A DNA stretch of 64,000 bases from Candidatus Nomurabacteria bacterium. GTDB lineage: Bacteria > Patescibacteriota > Minisyncoccia > Phycocordibacterales > UBA9973. Below the pieces are notes generated by a model, which did no database searches, was not told the DNA's origin, and saw nothing but the letters and a program-made list of their open reading frames with translations. The position numbers and the translations under genes are program-made. The stretch covers positions 26,626-90,625 of the forward strand of contig JAPLXP010000003.1 of NCBI GenBank assembly GCA_026396015.1, read 5' to 3'. Below, in pieces: positions 18,356 to 26,816 of this stretch (position 1 is its first letter; every line of letters starts with the position of its first letter).

Positions 18356-18859
18356 TTATCTCATCAAATATTTCTGTGGGCTGGCAGATAGGTCGAGGAA
18401 GTCATCGGCGGCATCTTTTAGTTTCATAGATGCGGATTTACCGAATGAAACGACTTCTACCTGGGTACCGTATGTATTCTGTAGATATTCTACGAGCGGG
18501 ATAAAGTCCCCATCTCCAGCTACTAGCACTACTGCATCCAGACGGGGTGCCATCTTCATAGCATCTACTGCTATTCCGACATCCCAGTCTCCCTTCTTTG
18601 CTCCACCGGCAAAAATCTGAAGTTCTTTTGTTTTTGTCTCGATTCCTAGCTTGGTCAATGCGTCAAAGAAGCTCTTTTCATCGCCTGCTTCACTAGTGAT
18701 CACATATGCTGTGGCGCGGACTAATTTACGTCCTGCTACTGCGTCTTTTAATACTGCACCAAAATTAACCTTTCTTTTATAAAGGTTCTTGGCACTATGG
18801 TAGAGGTTGGCTGTATCGATAAATACACCCACTCTCTGTTCTTTGTGTTTTATTATCAT
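18356..18859 (-). CDS. NYN/LabA-DUF88 (PIN-like) domain protein
   Basis: VFIDTANL, KGDWDVGIAVD, GDGDFIPLV, L..AADDF motifs. Confidence 0.92.
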   Translation of the reverse strand: MIIKHKEQRVGVFIDTANLYHSAKNLYKRKVNFGAVLKDAVAGRKLVRATAYVITSEAGDEKSFFDALTKLGIETKTKELQIFAGGAKKGDWDVGIAVDAMKMAPRLDAVVLVAGDGDFIPLVEYLQNTYGTQVEVVSFGKSASMKLKDAADDFLDLSASPQKYLMR

Positions 18860-18876
18860 TTTATTTTTATTTATAC

Positions 18877-18978
18877 GGTGACATAATGTTATTTTTGGAA
18901 CAATAATTTTCTGCTGAAAATTATTTCAGGCTTCGGGCCGGCCGCCCTGCAGAAGTCCAAAAATAATATCATGGCACC
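18877..18978 (-). ncRNA. Structured leader element, divergent family copy 3 (upstream of NYN)
   Basis: 23-bp outer stem, inner aattttc-agca-gaaaatt hairpin and GCAGG...CGAAGC core on the minus strand. Confidence 0.5.
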
Positions 18979-19002
18979 TCTTAATACTATTACAGTATAC
19001 CA

Positions 19003-19041
19003 AATTAAAATATCTCGACTAACAGTCGAGATATTTTAATT
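19003..19041. terminator. Terminator after rpsO
   Basis: aattaaaatatctcgact-aac-agtcgagatattttaatt. Confidence 0.75.
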
Positions 19042-19300
19042 ATGCTTTTAATTTTTTACTAACTGTCGCATGGCGAGTCTTGTCTGTCTTTTCTAAATAC
19101 TTTAGGTGTTTTCGGCGGTCTGCAACCATCTTGATAAGTCCACGACGAGAGTGATTGTCCTTCTTGTGTGTCTTCAAGTGTGATGCTAGCTCATCAATCT
19201 TTTCAGTTATTACAGCGATCTGAACCTCTGGAGATCCAGTGTCCTTGTCGTGAAGCTGATTTTTCTTAATGATGTTTGCCTTTTTCTTCGTTGTTAACAT
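19040..19300 (-). CDS. rpsO: 30S ribosomal protein S15
   Basis: [21 protein letters not shown]; start taken at ATG 19300. Confidence 0.97.
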   Translation of the reverse strand: MLTTKKKANIIKKNQLHDKDTGSPEVQIAVITEKIDELASHLKTHKKDNHSRRGLIKMVADRRKHLKYLEKTDKTRHATVSKKLKA

Positions 19301-19411
19301 AATGCATATAGTATCACATATTGTTTGAAAACGCAAGCTACTTTTGAATAAGCAAAAAGTTATCCCCATACTTTACTTGACTAAAGTACTTTACTCTGAT
19401 AAAGTAGGTAT

Positions 19412-19810
19412 ATGGGCAAGGGAATGAATAAAAATACAAAAGTTGGAGATGTTGAAGAGATTTACGTCCTCTCAAAAGATTTCAATTGGAATACTAAAGA
19501 AAATCGTCAGCTTGTCGATGCGTTTATTTCTATTGATGACAAATCCAAGATGGAAGCATTCCTCCGCGATCTGATGACGGAGAGTGAAATCATCGAATTC
19601 TCAAAACGCCTAGAAGCCGCTCGCCTACTCTCCCGAGATACACAGTATCTCTCTATCACAGAGCGTACTGGCCTCTCCTCTGCTACCGTGGCACGTATTG
19701 CAAAATGGCTAAGGGGTCCACTTGGTGGATACCGTTTCGCGCTATCAAATATTGCAAATCTTTCACAGCATCATCATCCTCTCTCAAAACTTGAGAAAGG
19801 ATTGTCTTGA
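19412..19810 (+). CDS. TrpR-like YerC/YecD family DNA-binding protein
   Basis: FLRDLMTESEI..RLEAARLL...TGLSSATVARIAKWL..GGY. Confidence 0.88.
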   Translation: MGKGMNKNTKVGDVEEIYVLSKDFNWNTKENRQLVDAFISIDDKSKMEAFLRDLMTESEIIEFSKRLEAARLLSRDTQYLSITERTGLSSATVARIAKWLRGPLGGYRFALSNIANLSQHHHPLSKLEKGLS

Positions 19811-19955
19811 TAGTATCTATTTATATTTATCTATAAAGCTAACCTCTTCTCAAGTTTTACTTGTGAAGGGGTTTTGTCTTGTATATCTCCGAATGAATCG
19901 GAAAAACGATAAGTCTGCGAAAAGAAAAAAATTTGTTATTTAAAAATTAAATAAA

Positions 19956-20855
19956 ATGGAAAAACAAAAAATCTATGATCATTTCACAAAAGGACTTGAT
20001 CAAGAATTTCGGGGCTGGATTGGATCTGAAATCGAAACACATTTCATTGATGGGAATGGAAAACCAATCACTGTTGACTGCTCACAGCAAATCTTTAGAG
20101 TGTTGGTAGAATCTGGTTGGAAAATTTTAAAGAGAAAAAATTCCTTAATCACAGAAATTGAAAAAGGTGGGGCCAGGATTTTGTATGAATTAGGACGACA
20201 AAATATAGAAATCGCTACTCCTCCTGCCGAGCACAATTTTTTGGTTGAAGTAATCAAATTACTTTTAGCCGAACTTTATGCTGCAGCATGTCTATGTGAT
20301 GCTTATCCTTTGTTTGCGCCCATCATGGAATCTGATGAAGACTTGCTGGTGATTCCAGACGAGCGTGATGCATCATGGCTCGAGCTTGATGGTAGAGAAA
20401 ACCTTACGCCACTTTCCACAACATCTTCTGTTCAATTTACTTTGGAGACAAAGGGTCCAAATAATGCAATATCTCTATTGAATGATTTGGCAGATGTGCG
20501 CAAGCATTTACTCTTTTCTAATCCATATGTCCAAGACAAAATCTGGAGAAAATATATTCAGAATTCAAATGCTGGATATAAAAAAAGTCGTTATGGAGTG
20601 GTAAGACCAAACTCAATCGAGCATTATGTGGATTTGCTGTCAGTTCATGACGTAGTCATCAACGGCAAGCTCGTACCATTCCCAATAGCTGAGCAAGAAA
20701 ATATTGATTTGTTTTTGCGTTCGGTATGGTGGAACTTTCGTTTGCGTAGGTACAACGATCGTCTCTGTATCGAGGTGAGGACGTTTTCTAGAAGGGGTGA
20801 TGATCAGATATTCAGTGATTTGTTATTTTTTGTAATGAATCATTATTGTATTTGA
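19956..20855 (+). CDS. Glutamate--cysteine ligase family 2 (GCS2)-like carboxylate-amine ligase
   Basis: IGSEIE, ELGRQNIEIATPP, SSVQF, FRLRR, IEVR pattern of the GCS2 fold. Confidence 0.65.
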   Translation: MEKQKIYDHFTKGLDQEFRGWIGSEIETHFIDGNGKPITVDCSQQIFRVLVESGWKILKRKNSLITEIEKGGARILYELGRQNIEIATPPAEHNFLVEVIKLLLAELYAAACLCDAYPLFAPIMESDEDLLVIPDERDASWLELDGRENLTPLSTTSSVQFTLETKGPNNAISLLNDLADVRKHLLFSNPYVQDKIWRKYIQNSNAGYKKSRYGVVRPNSIEHYVDLLSVHDVVINGKLVPFPIAEQENIDLFLRSVWWNFRLRRYNDRLCIEVRTFSRRGDDQIFSDLLFFVMNHYCI

Positions 20856-20926
20856 TTATTTAAACAAGTGGTGATTTTCTAAAACTAAAAAATGCGACAC
20901 AATGTGTCGCATTTTCTTTGATTTTC

Positions 20927-21610
20927 TTAATGATTTTTTCCATAAATTATATGCAGCAAGTTTTCATCTTCTGTTATGTGTTTGCCTGTAGACTCCAGTA
21001 TGTCCCTGGCAATATTCCCAAGATTTTCTGATATTGAAAATGATCTTTCATTGCAGATTAGTCCCCACTTCTCCTTAAGTTGGTAGTATTGAATTATTTT
21101 TTCAATACTACCAGACTCTTTTGATTTTAAATGTTCAGCTTCTAATAGAGACAATAATCTATCTTCTATTCTACATGTGACTATCAAAACAACTTCGATA
21201 AAAGGTGGTGAATTCAAAATATGAATATTTTCTTTTAGCCAGCCGTTTCTGTATTGCCTTTTGAATTCATCACTTCCAAATACAAATGGTTCAACGGTGG
21301 CCCTCTTGATAAAATCCATTATTTCTAGGCATCTCCCTAAATCCCAAGCATCTATTTCTTCTAACGTTGAATCACAAAGGATTAAAGATTGAAACTCTTT
21401 CAAATATTCGTGCATTTCATTCGAAAAAGTAGTGAGATCATAGTTGTAGAAATCAGCGTATTTTATCTCCTCTTTTAGCATCAAGATCAAATTGTAGAGT
21501 CCCCCGCGTATTAACACATAGCGCAGATAGAATATCTTTATTTTTTGAAGGTTAAATATGCATAGTATGAAAAATCCAACTATGCATAGTATAGCAAGTG
21601 TAGCTTTCAT
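20927..21610 (-). CDS. Hypothetical protein with N-terminal membrane anchor
   Basis: 227-aa ORF; no recognisable motif. Confidence 0.6.
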   Translation of the reverse strand: MKATLAILCIVGFFILCIFNLQKIKIFYLRYVLIRGGLYNLILMLKEEIKYADFYNYDLTTFSNEMHEYLKEFQSLILCDSTLEEIDAWDLGRCLEIMDFIKRATVEPFVFGSDEFKRQYRNGWLKENIHILNSPPFIEVVLIVTCRIEDRLLSLLEAEHLKSKESGSIEKIIQYYQLKEKWGLICNERSFSISENLGNIARDILESTGKHITEDENLLHIIYGKNH

Positions 21611-21691
21611 TTTTTTAATTTTTTATTCATCATATATTAAAAATACAAAATATCAAATGTCATTGTGGTATAATTATTTTACGACATTAAT

Positions 21692-22609
21692 ATGACACAA
21701 CTAGAAAAATTAAAAAGAGAATTCCTCGAGCATGTAGAGATTGAAAAGGGCAATAGTCTGCTGACTGTGCGCAATTATGATCATTATATATCTCGTTTTT
21801 TTCAGGTGGCCAAAGTCTCTGACCCTACAGATATCACAGATGATGTGATACGTGAATTCAGATTGCATATAAATAGATTACCAGGCATGAAAGTTCGTGG
21901 TCAGTCTGCTGCAACATTGAAAAAGAATACACAGAACTATCATCTGATAGCGTTGCGTGCATTCCTAAAATACATGATGAAGCGCGGAGTCACATCCCTA
22001 TCCCCTGACAAGATAGAACTAGCCAAGATAAAAGAACGACATCTGGATTTGATATCTGTAGATGAGCTCGCTCGCTTGATGAATGCACCCGATATGGCTA
22101 CACCAAAGGGTCTTCGCGACAAGGCGATACTGGAATTATTCTTCTCGACTGGACTTCGTCTCTCTGAATTATGTTCACTGAATCGCGATCTGGATCTATC
22201 TAAAGATGAATTCTCTATCCGCGGAAAGGGTGAAAAGGTGCGAGTAGTATTCCTATCCCCTACAGCCAAGGAAGCCATCAAGGTATATTTGAAAAATAGA
22301 AAGGATCTTGACGAGCCACTATTCGTACAGAATTCTCGTAATCGTTCTGATTCAGGACGCCTCACTCCCCGATCTATCGAGCGTATAGTAAAATACTATG
22401 CTATCAAGGCTGGAATATCTAAAAAGGTCACTCCTCACGTGATTCGCCATAGCTTTGCTACTGACCTACTGTCCAATGGAGCAGACATCCGCTCTGTGCA
22501 GATGATGCTCGGCCATGCGAATATCGCCACTACACAGATCTATACCCATGTGACAGATAGTCAGTTGAGAGATGTTCACAAGAAATTCCACTCAAAAGGT
22601 AAAAAATAA
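21692..22609 (+). CDS. Tyrosine recombinase, XerC/XerD family
   Basis: RDKAILELFFSTGLRLSEL, GKGEKVR, HVIRHSFATDLL, LGHANIATTQIYT; SAM-like N-domain. Confidence 0.95.
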   Translation: MTQLEKLKREFLEHVEIEKGNSLLTVRNYDHYISRFFQVAKVSDPTDITDDVIREFRLHINRLPGMKVRGQSAATLKKNTQNYHLIALRAFLKYMMKRGVTSLSPDKIELAKIKERHLDLISVDELARLMNAPDMATPKGLRDKAILELFFSTGLRLSELCSLNRDLDLSKDEFSIRGKGEKVRVVFLSPTAKEAIKVYLKNRKDLDEPLFVQNSRNRSDSGRLTPRSIERIVKYYAIKAGISKKVTPHVIRHSFATDLLSNGADIRSVQMMLGHANIATTQIYTHVTDSQLRDVHKKFHSKGKK

Positions 22610-22862
22610 CCCCCGATCTTACTCGAGGGTATTTTAAATTAAGGCGGCTTCGGTTAGTTGTTTGCTACTGCGTAGTTTCTTCGACCATCATTGTCGAAAT
22701 CTTTGTGCTTTTTGTTTTTCATCGTTTTGTTGATTAAATTACCTAATCACAAGGTGATTTTCTTGTGTTTCTACAATTCTTGTTTGTACAAGTGGCCTTG
22801 AGTTCCCATTTATGATAATGGTATCACGCTACAATTTTTTGTAAATATGATATTCTATAATA

Positions 22863-23657
22863 ATGAAAATAATTTCTTGGAATACTAATGGATTGAGGGC
22901 TACGATAAAGCAAGGCAATTTTGATCCCCTTTTCAATAAATACAAGCCAGATATCGTCTGCCTCCAAGAGACAAAGGCTGAAAAAGAGCAGCTTCCAAAT
23001 GAAGTCCAGAATTATTTTGGATATAATTCATATTTTTCACATTCACGGACTCGCAAGGGTTATAGTGGTGTAGCTATTTATACTAGGGTAAAACCAGATA
23101 AAGTAGAAGAAGGCATGGGTATAGAAGAGTTGGATCAAGAGGGTCGCCTGCTCGTACTGTACTTTGAAAAAGGACTTACGGGAATGAAGAATAAAGTAAT
23201 TCTGATAAACGGATACTATCCAAATGGTGGATCGGGTCCAGATCGTCTGGAATACAAGCTCAAATTTTATGACGCATTCCTAAAATTCATAAATAAAAAA
23301 AGAAAGCTCGGCTATGAGATTATATTTACTGGCGATGTGAATACTGCGCATACTGCTATCGACCTGGCACGACCAAAGGCAAACGAAGAGAATACAGGAT
23401 TCCTCCCTATCGAGCGTGCATGGATAGATAGTGTGATCGCGAATGACTATATAGATACATTTCGTCATCTGCACCCAGATACTCTTGATATGTATACATA
23501 CTGGGATCAAAAGACTGGTGCCCGAGCCCGCAATGTCGGCTGGCGCATCGACTATTTCTTTGTTTCTTCACCTCTTATTAAAAAAGTAAAAGATTCATAT
23601 ATGCTCACGGATTATATGGGGTCTGATCATTGTCCACTAGTATTGGAGCTGAAATAA
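22863..23657 (+). CDS. xth: Exodeoxyribonuclease III
   Basis: SWNTNGLRA, LQETK, GYSGV, GDVNTAH, GWRIDY, SDHCP. Confidence 0.96.
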   Translation: MKIISWNTNGLRATIKQGNFDPLFNKYKPDIVCLQETKAEKEQLPNEVQNYFGYNSYFSHSRTRKGYSGVAIYTRVKPDKVEEGMGIEELDQEGRLLVLYFEKGLTGMKNKVILINGYYPNGGSGPDRLEYKLKFYDAFLKFINKKRKLGYEIIFTGDVNTAHTAIDLARPKANEENTGFLPIERAWIDSVIANDYIDTFRHLHPDTLDMYTYWDQKTGARARNVGWRIDYFFVSSPLIKKVKDSYMLTDYMGSDHCPLVLELK

Positions 23658-23689
23658 AAAAACGGAACATATTTGTTTCGTTTTTTTAT

Positions 23690-25234
23690 TTATACATTAT
23701 GCTTTTTTCTCAATTCCCCTATTTCTTCATTCTCTAATTCATCTTTGAGCTCTTTTGCTTTATCTGCTAGCTCTTTTAATGTTTCATCAGTCATATCATT
23801 TAGCTCCCGCACTCGGATATCTAGATATTCTCGAGTGTTTTTTGTTGGGTCTTCGAGGACTTCTTCCAGGAGTGCGTGGAGAATCCAACCCATTCGGCGA
23901 CCGGGTACTACGCCTAGCTCCTCGCGCATAATATTGCCATCTACTACGAGCTGTCCGACAGATATCGGATCACGTAGGCATTCCTCGATCATCGCATGAT
24001 ATTTTCTTAGTCTATATGGAGCCTCAGCCTTTTTCATCCCTACCCTGTCGCATTCACGGATCTCCATCAATTCCCAGATATGTTCGGGTCTGACATTCTG
24101 TATCACTCTGCGGACTGCAGATAGAGTAATCTGCTCTGTATCAGAGAAGAACATGTGTCTGCGAACCATATTGGATACAAATTCTATTGTATCCTTTGGA
24201 AATTTGAGTCTTTCCATTATCATCCGCGTCATCCTGGCCCCTACTACCTCATGGCCATAGAATGTAGGCTTGTTGATCCCATTTCTCTTGGTTCTCGGTT
24301 TGCCTATATCGTGGAATAGTGCAGCAAGGCGGATATTAGTAGAATATCCCTTGTCAGTAGCATGTCCGAGTGCACCTAGGCAGTGAGTGAATACATCATA
24401 GATATGTGCGCCACCCTGATCGCATCCTATACCCTCTTCTAGTTCAGGAATTATATATTTTAGTAGTCCAAGTTTTTGTAGCATCCCTACCCCTTCGACG
24501 CTTCGAGGGCTCTCGATGATCTTGATGAATTCATCACGAATTCTCTCCCCGGAAATATTCTTTAAAAGATGCGAGTTATCCACAGCCCCTGCCATAGTAT
24601 CAGAATCGATCATAAAGCCGAGCTGTGATGTGAATCGTACTGCACGTAGCATTCGTAGGCCATCCTCTTGGAATCTCAAGGACGAGGCACCTACGGCCCG
24701 TATAACACTGTCCGTTAGGTCTTGTTGTCCTTTATATAGGTCAATAACTTGTCCTTTATCTATATTGTAGGCCATAGCGTTGATTGTGAAGTCTCGTCTC
24801 TGAAGATCCTCTGATATATCTTTGCTGAACTTTACTTCATCTGGATGCCTATTATCGCTATATTTTGCTTCAGTTCTATACGGTGTGACCTCCATTATGT
24901 GGTATTCAGCCTTTATTTCTGATGGAATTGTTACATGTGTAACATCTTCTACTGTTTCTTGTGTAACTATTGTGTTAGTTTCATGTGTAACCTTTGGGAT
25001 ACATACGCCCACTGTTCCGAACTTGTTCTCGTATATAGTCTTTTCGAATAGTGGGATGATTTCCTCTGGATTGGCATTGGTTGTGATATCCCAATCCTTT
25101 ACTTCCCTGCCGATCATCAGGTCTCGTACACAACCTCCAACGAGAAATGCCTCGAAACCAGCGTTTTCGAGGGTAGATGTTACATGTGTAACATATTCAG
25201 GTATATTTGAATTGTTTATAGGTTGTAGTTTCAT
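23690..25234 (-). CDS. cca: CCA tRNA nucleotidyltransferase (class II, with HD domain)
   Basis: VGGCVRD, DWDITT, RRDFTINA, EDGLRMLR, LFHDIGK; true start at ATG 25234 because the upstream part of the listed ORF is tRNA-Arg. Confidence 0.93.
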   Translation of the reverse strand: MKLQPINNSNIPEYVTHVTSTLENAGFEAFLVGGCVRDLMIGREVKDWDITTNANPEEIIPLFEKTIYENKFGTVGVCIPKVTHETNTIVTQETVEDVTHVTIPSEIKAEYHIMEVTPYRTEAKYSDNRHPDEVKFSKDISEDLQRRDFTINAMAYNIDKGQVIDLYKGQQDLTDSVIRAVGASSLRFQEDGLRMLRAVRFTSQLGFMIDSDTMAGAVDNSHLLKNISGERIRDEFIKIIESPRSVEGVGMLQKLGLLKYIIPELEEGIGCDQGGAHIYDVFTHCLGALGHATDKGYSTNIRLAALFHDIGKPRTKRNGINKPTFYGHEVVGARMTRMIMERLKFPKDTIEFVSNMVRRHMFFSDTEQITLSAVRRVIQNVRPEHIWELMEIRECDRVGMKKAEAPYRLRKYHAMIEECLRDPISVGQLVVDGNIMREELGVVPGRRMGWILHALLEEVLEDPTKNTREYLDIRVRELNDMTDETLKELADKAKELKDELENEEIGELRKKHNV

Positions 25235-25246
25235 ATGAAACTTATG

Positions 25247-25318
25247 TGCACCCGCCAGGATTCGAACCTGGAACAACTGCTTCGAAGGCAGGCATGATAT
25301 CCATTTCACTACGGGTGC
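25247..25318 (-). tRNA. tRNA-Arg(TCG)
   Basis: gcacccg...ctgc-CT TCG AA-gcag...ggttcgaatcc...cgggtgca cloverleaf. Confidence 0.95.
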
Positions 25319-25452
25319 ATACGTTTATTTATTTGACGACTATGGCATTATATACTAAAACGCTGTTTTAGTAAATAATGTTTAAATATAAGGGAAAAGT
25401 CTGTATTGCATTTTTTGCTGTAAAATATTATAATCTATGTGTTATTTTGTTT

Positions 25453-25523
25453 GCGGGATTAGTTTAGTGGTAGAACTACAGTTTTCCAAACTGTTGGCAG
25501 GCGTTCGATTCGCCTATCCCGCA
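25453..25523 (+). tRNA. tRNA-Gly(TCC)
   Basis: gcgggat...acagt-TT TCC AA-actgt...gttcgattc...atcccgca. Confidence 0.93.
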
Positions 25524-25662
25524 CTATAAGGGTATTTTTGCGGGATAAAAAGCAAACTTCTTTGCTTTTGTAGGAGAATTGAAAGACTTTTAACTGTTCG
25601 TCTCCTGACGAACCAAAAAAGTACCTGACTACGTGGTAGTGATTCGCCTATCCCGCACTATA
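25507..25662. repeat. 22-bp direct repeat of the tRNA-Gly 3' end flanking a 112-bp structured insert
   Basis: gattcgcctatcccgcactata at 25507-25528 and 25641-25662. Confidence 0.85.
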
Positions 25663-25898
25663 TTTATTTAAATACTTTTAATGGACGTCCTTAATTTGTC
25701 CCTTTATCCCCATGTTAATCCCCTATAATATAAGTGATTATGTGGATAACTATGTGTGTATTGTTTATAAGACAGGGTTTTATTGGATAAAGTCATCTTG
25801 GTATCTGATAGGACAATATATGAAATATCATTATTTACCAAGCTATTTTAGTGAAAGACACATTGCGAAACGATTTTGATGTCTAATAAATAGGAAAA
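25663..25898. other. Putative replication origin (oriC) region
   Basis: AT-rich intergenic region with perfect DnaA box TGTGGATAA (25741) and near-boxes at 25704, 25762 and 25782, embedded in the parS cluster. Confidence 0.55.
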
Positions 25899-25939
25899 CG
25901 TTTCACGTGGCACACTTTATTGGTTACACATGTAACATT

Positions 25940-26347
25940 ATGAAGAAATTTACTTCAAATACTCAAAAAATAGGGGAATTGGGTGAAGGTGTCGCCTGCA
26001 CGTTTTTCGAGAAACAGGGTTATTCTATATTGGAGCGTAATTATACAAAGAAGTGGGGAGAGATAGATATTATTGCTGAAAAGGGAAATATCCTTTATTT
26101 TATTGAGGTAAAGTCTAAATCTGTGTCAGATCTGGATTACGTTACACATGAAACCGGAAATAGCTTCTTTAGGCCTGAGGAGAATGTGCACATATGGAAG
26201 CGCAAGAGATTGGCACGTGTTATTCAGACATACCTAATTCACAACAGGATAGGGAATAGAGATTGGCAATTTGATATATTAGTGGTTTATCTGGATTTAG
26301 AGAACAGGAAGGCGAGAGTAAAGAGGATGGAGAATATAATACTTTAA
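25940..26347 (+). CDS. yraN: YraN family (UPF0102) endonuclease-like protein
   Basis: G..GE..A..F....GY.ILERN....GEIDIIA....LYFIEVK. Confidence 0.92.
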   Translation: MKKFTSNTQKIGELGEGVACTFFEKQGYSILERNYTKKWGEIDIIAEKGNILYFIEVKSKSVSDLDYVTHETGNSFFRPEENVHIWKRKRLARVIQTYLIHNRIGNRDWQFDILVVYLDLENRKARVKRMENIIL

Positions 26348-26396
26348 GAGAAAGATAATCGGCTAAATTAGAGAATCGGATATGGGTGTTTTTATC

Positions 26397-26536
26397 TGGC
26401 CACAAATAATTTCTCGCCGCCGCTCAAAATTTTCGCGACCCCGCCTCGTGGTTTTGCATGCTTGCAAAACATCACTCCGGCTCACAAAAACGAGAAAGAG
26501 CACTTAAATAGTGCTCTTTCTTAATTCACGTTTTTG
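26397..26536 (-). other. Structured element and terminator downstream of tRNA-Gly(GCC)
   Basis: agaaagagcact-taaat-agtgctctttct hairpin nested in cacaaaaacg/cgtttttgtg, plus a gttttgca/tgcaaaac hairpin. Confidence 0.5.
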
Positions 26537-26607
26537 TGCGGGATAGGAGAATCGAACTCCTGTCTCATCCTTGGCAAGGACGTGTTCTACCACTAAACCA
26601 ATCCCGC
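26537..26607 (-). tRNA. tRNA-Gly(GCC)
   Basis: gcgggat...cgtcc-TT GCC AA-ggatg...gttcgattc...atcccgca. Confidence 0.95.
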
Positions 26608-26754
26608 ATATGCCTATTCTATTTTAAGCCTTATATTGCTACATGGCTTTGTTGACACGATAAACCACTAAACCAATCCCGCATATGCCTATTCCATTTT
26701 AAAGCCTTATATTACTATAATGGCTTTGTTGACACGATAAACCACTAAACCAAT
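26590..26754. repeat. ~2.2 tandem copies (75/77 bp) containing the tRNA-Gly 5' end
   Basis: ccactaaaccaat(cccgc) starts at 26590, 26665 and 26742. Confidence 0.85.
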
Positions 26755-26816
26755 ACTGCTTTAGAAGCTATTATATACTATTTTTTTTATATTTTCAAAT
26801 ATAGTATGATTAGGGT

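Larger units (their letters stand above)
24929..26155. other. Cluster of eight parS-like 16-bp palindromes
   Basis: At 24929, 24953, 24977, 25178, 25227, 25899, 25922 and 26140, e.g. TGTTACATGTGTAACA, AGTTTCATATGAAACT, CGTTTCACGTGGCACA, versus consensus TGTTTCACGTGAAACA. Confidence 0.8.

Noticed and set aside
21692-22609. Integron integrase IntI
   Set aside because: Lacks the IntI-specific insertion and has no adjacent attC array; looks like ordinary XerC/D
22654-22722. tmRNA tag-like minus-strand peptide MKNKKHKDFDNDGRRNYAVANN
   Set aside because: Does not end in AA-stop and no tRNA-like ends are visible; at most an unverified small ORF
24576-24584. Isolated perfect DnaA box in cca (also near-boxes at ~10921 and ~19360)
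   Set aside because: Single 9-mers are expected by chance; not counted as origin evidence
25235-25309. N-terminal extension of cca
   Set aside because: It is the tRNA-Arg gene read in frame
25453-25523. tRNA-Trp(CCA)
   Set aside because: The stem register acagt/actgt centres TCC in the 7-nt loop, and the acceptor stem is Gly-type
26590-26754. CRISPR array
   Set aside because: Units repeat along their whole length (no unique spacers), contain tRNA sequence, and no cas genes are present
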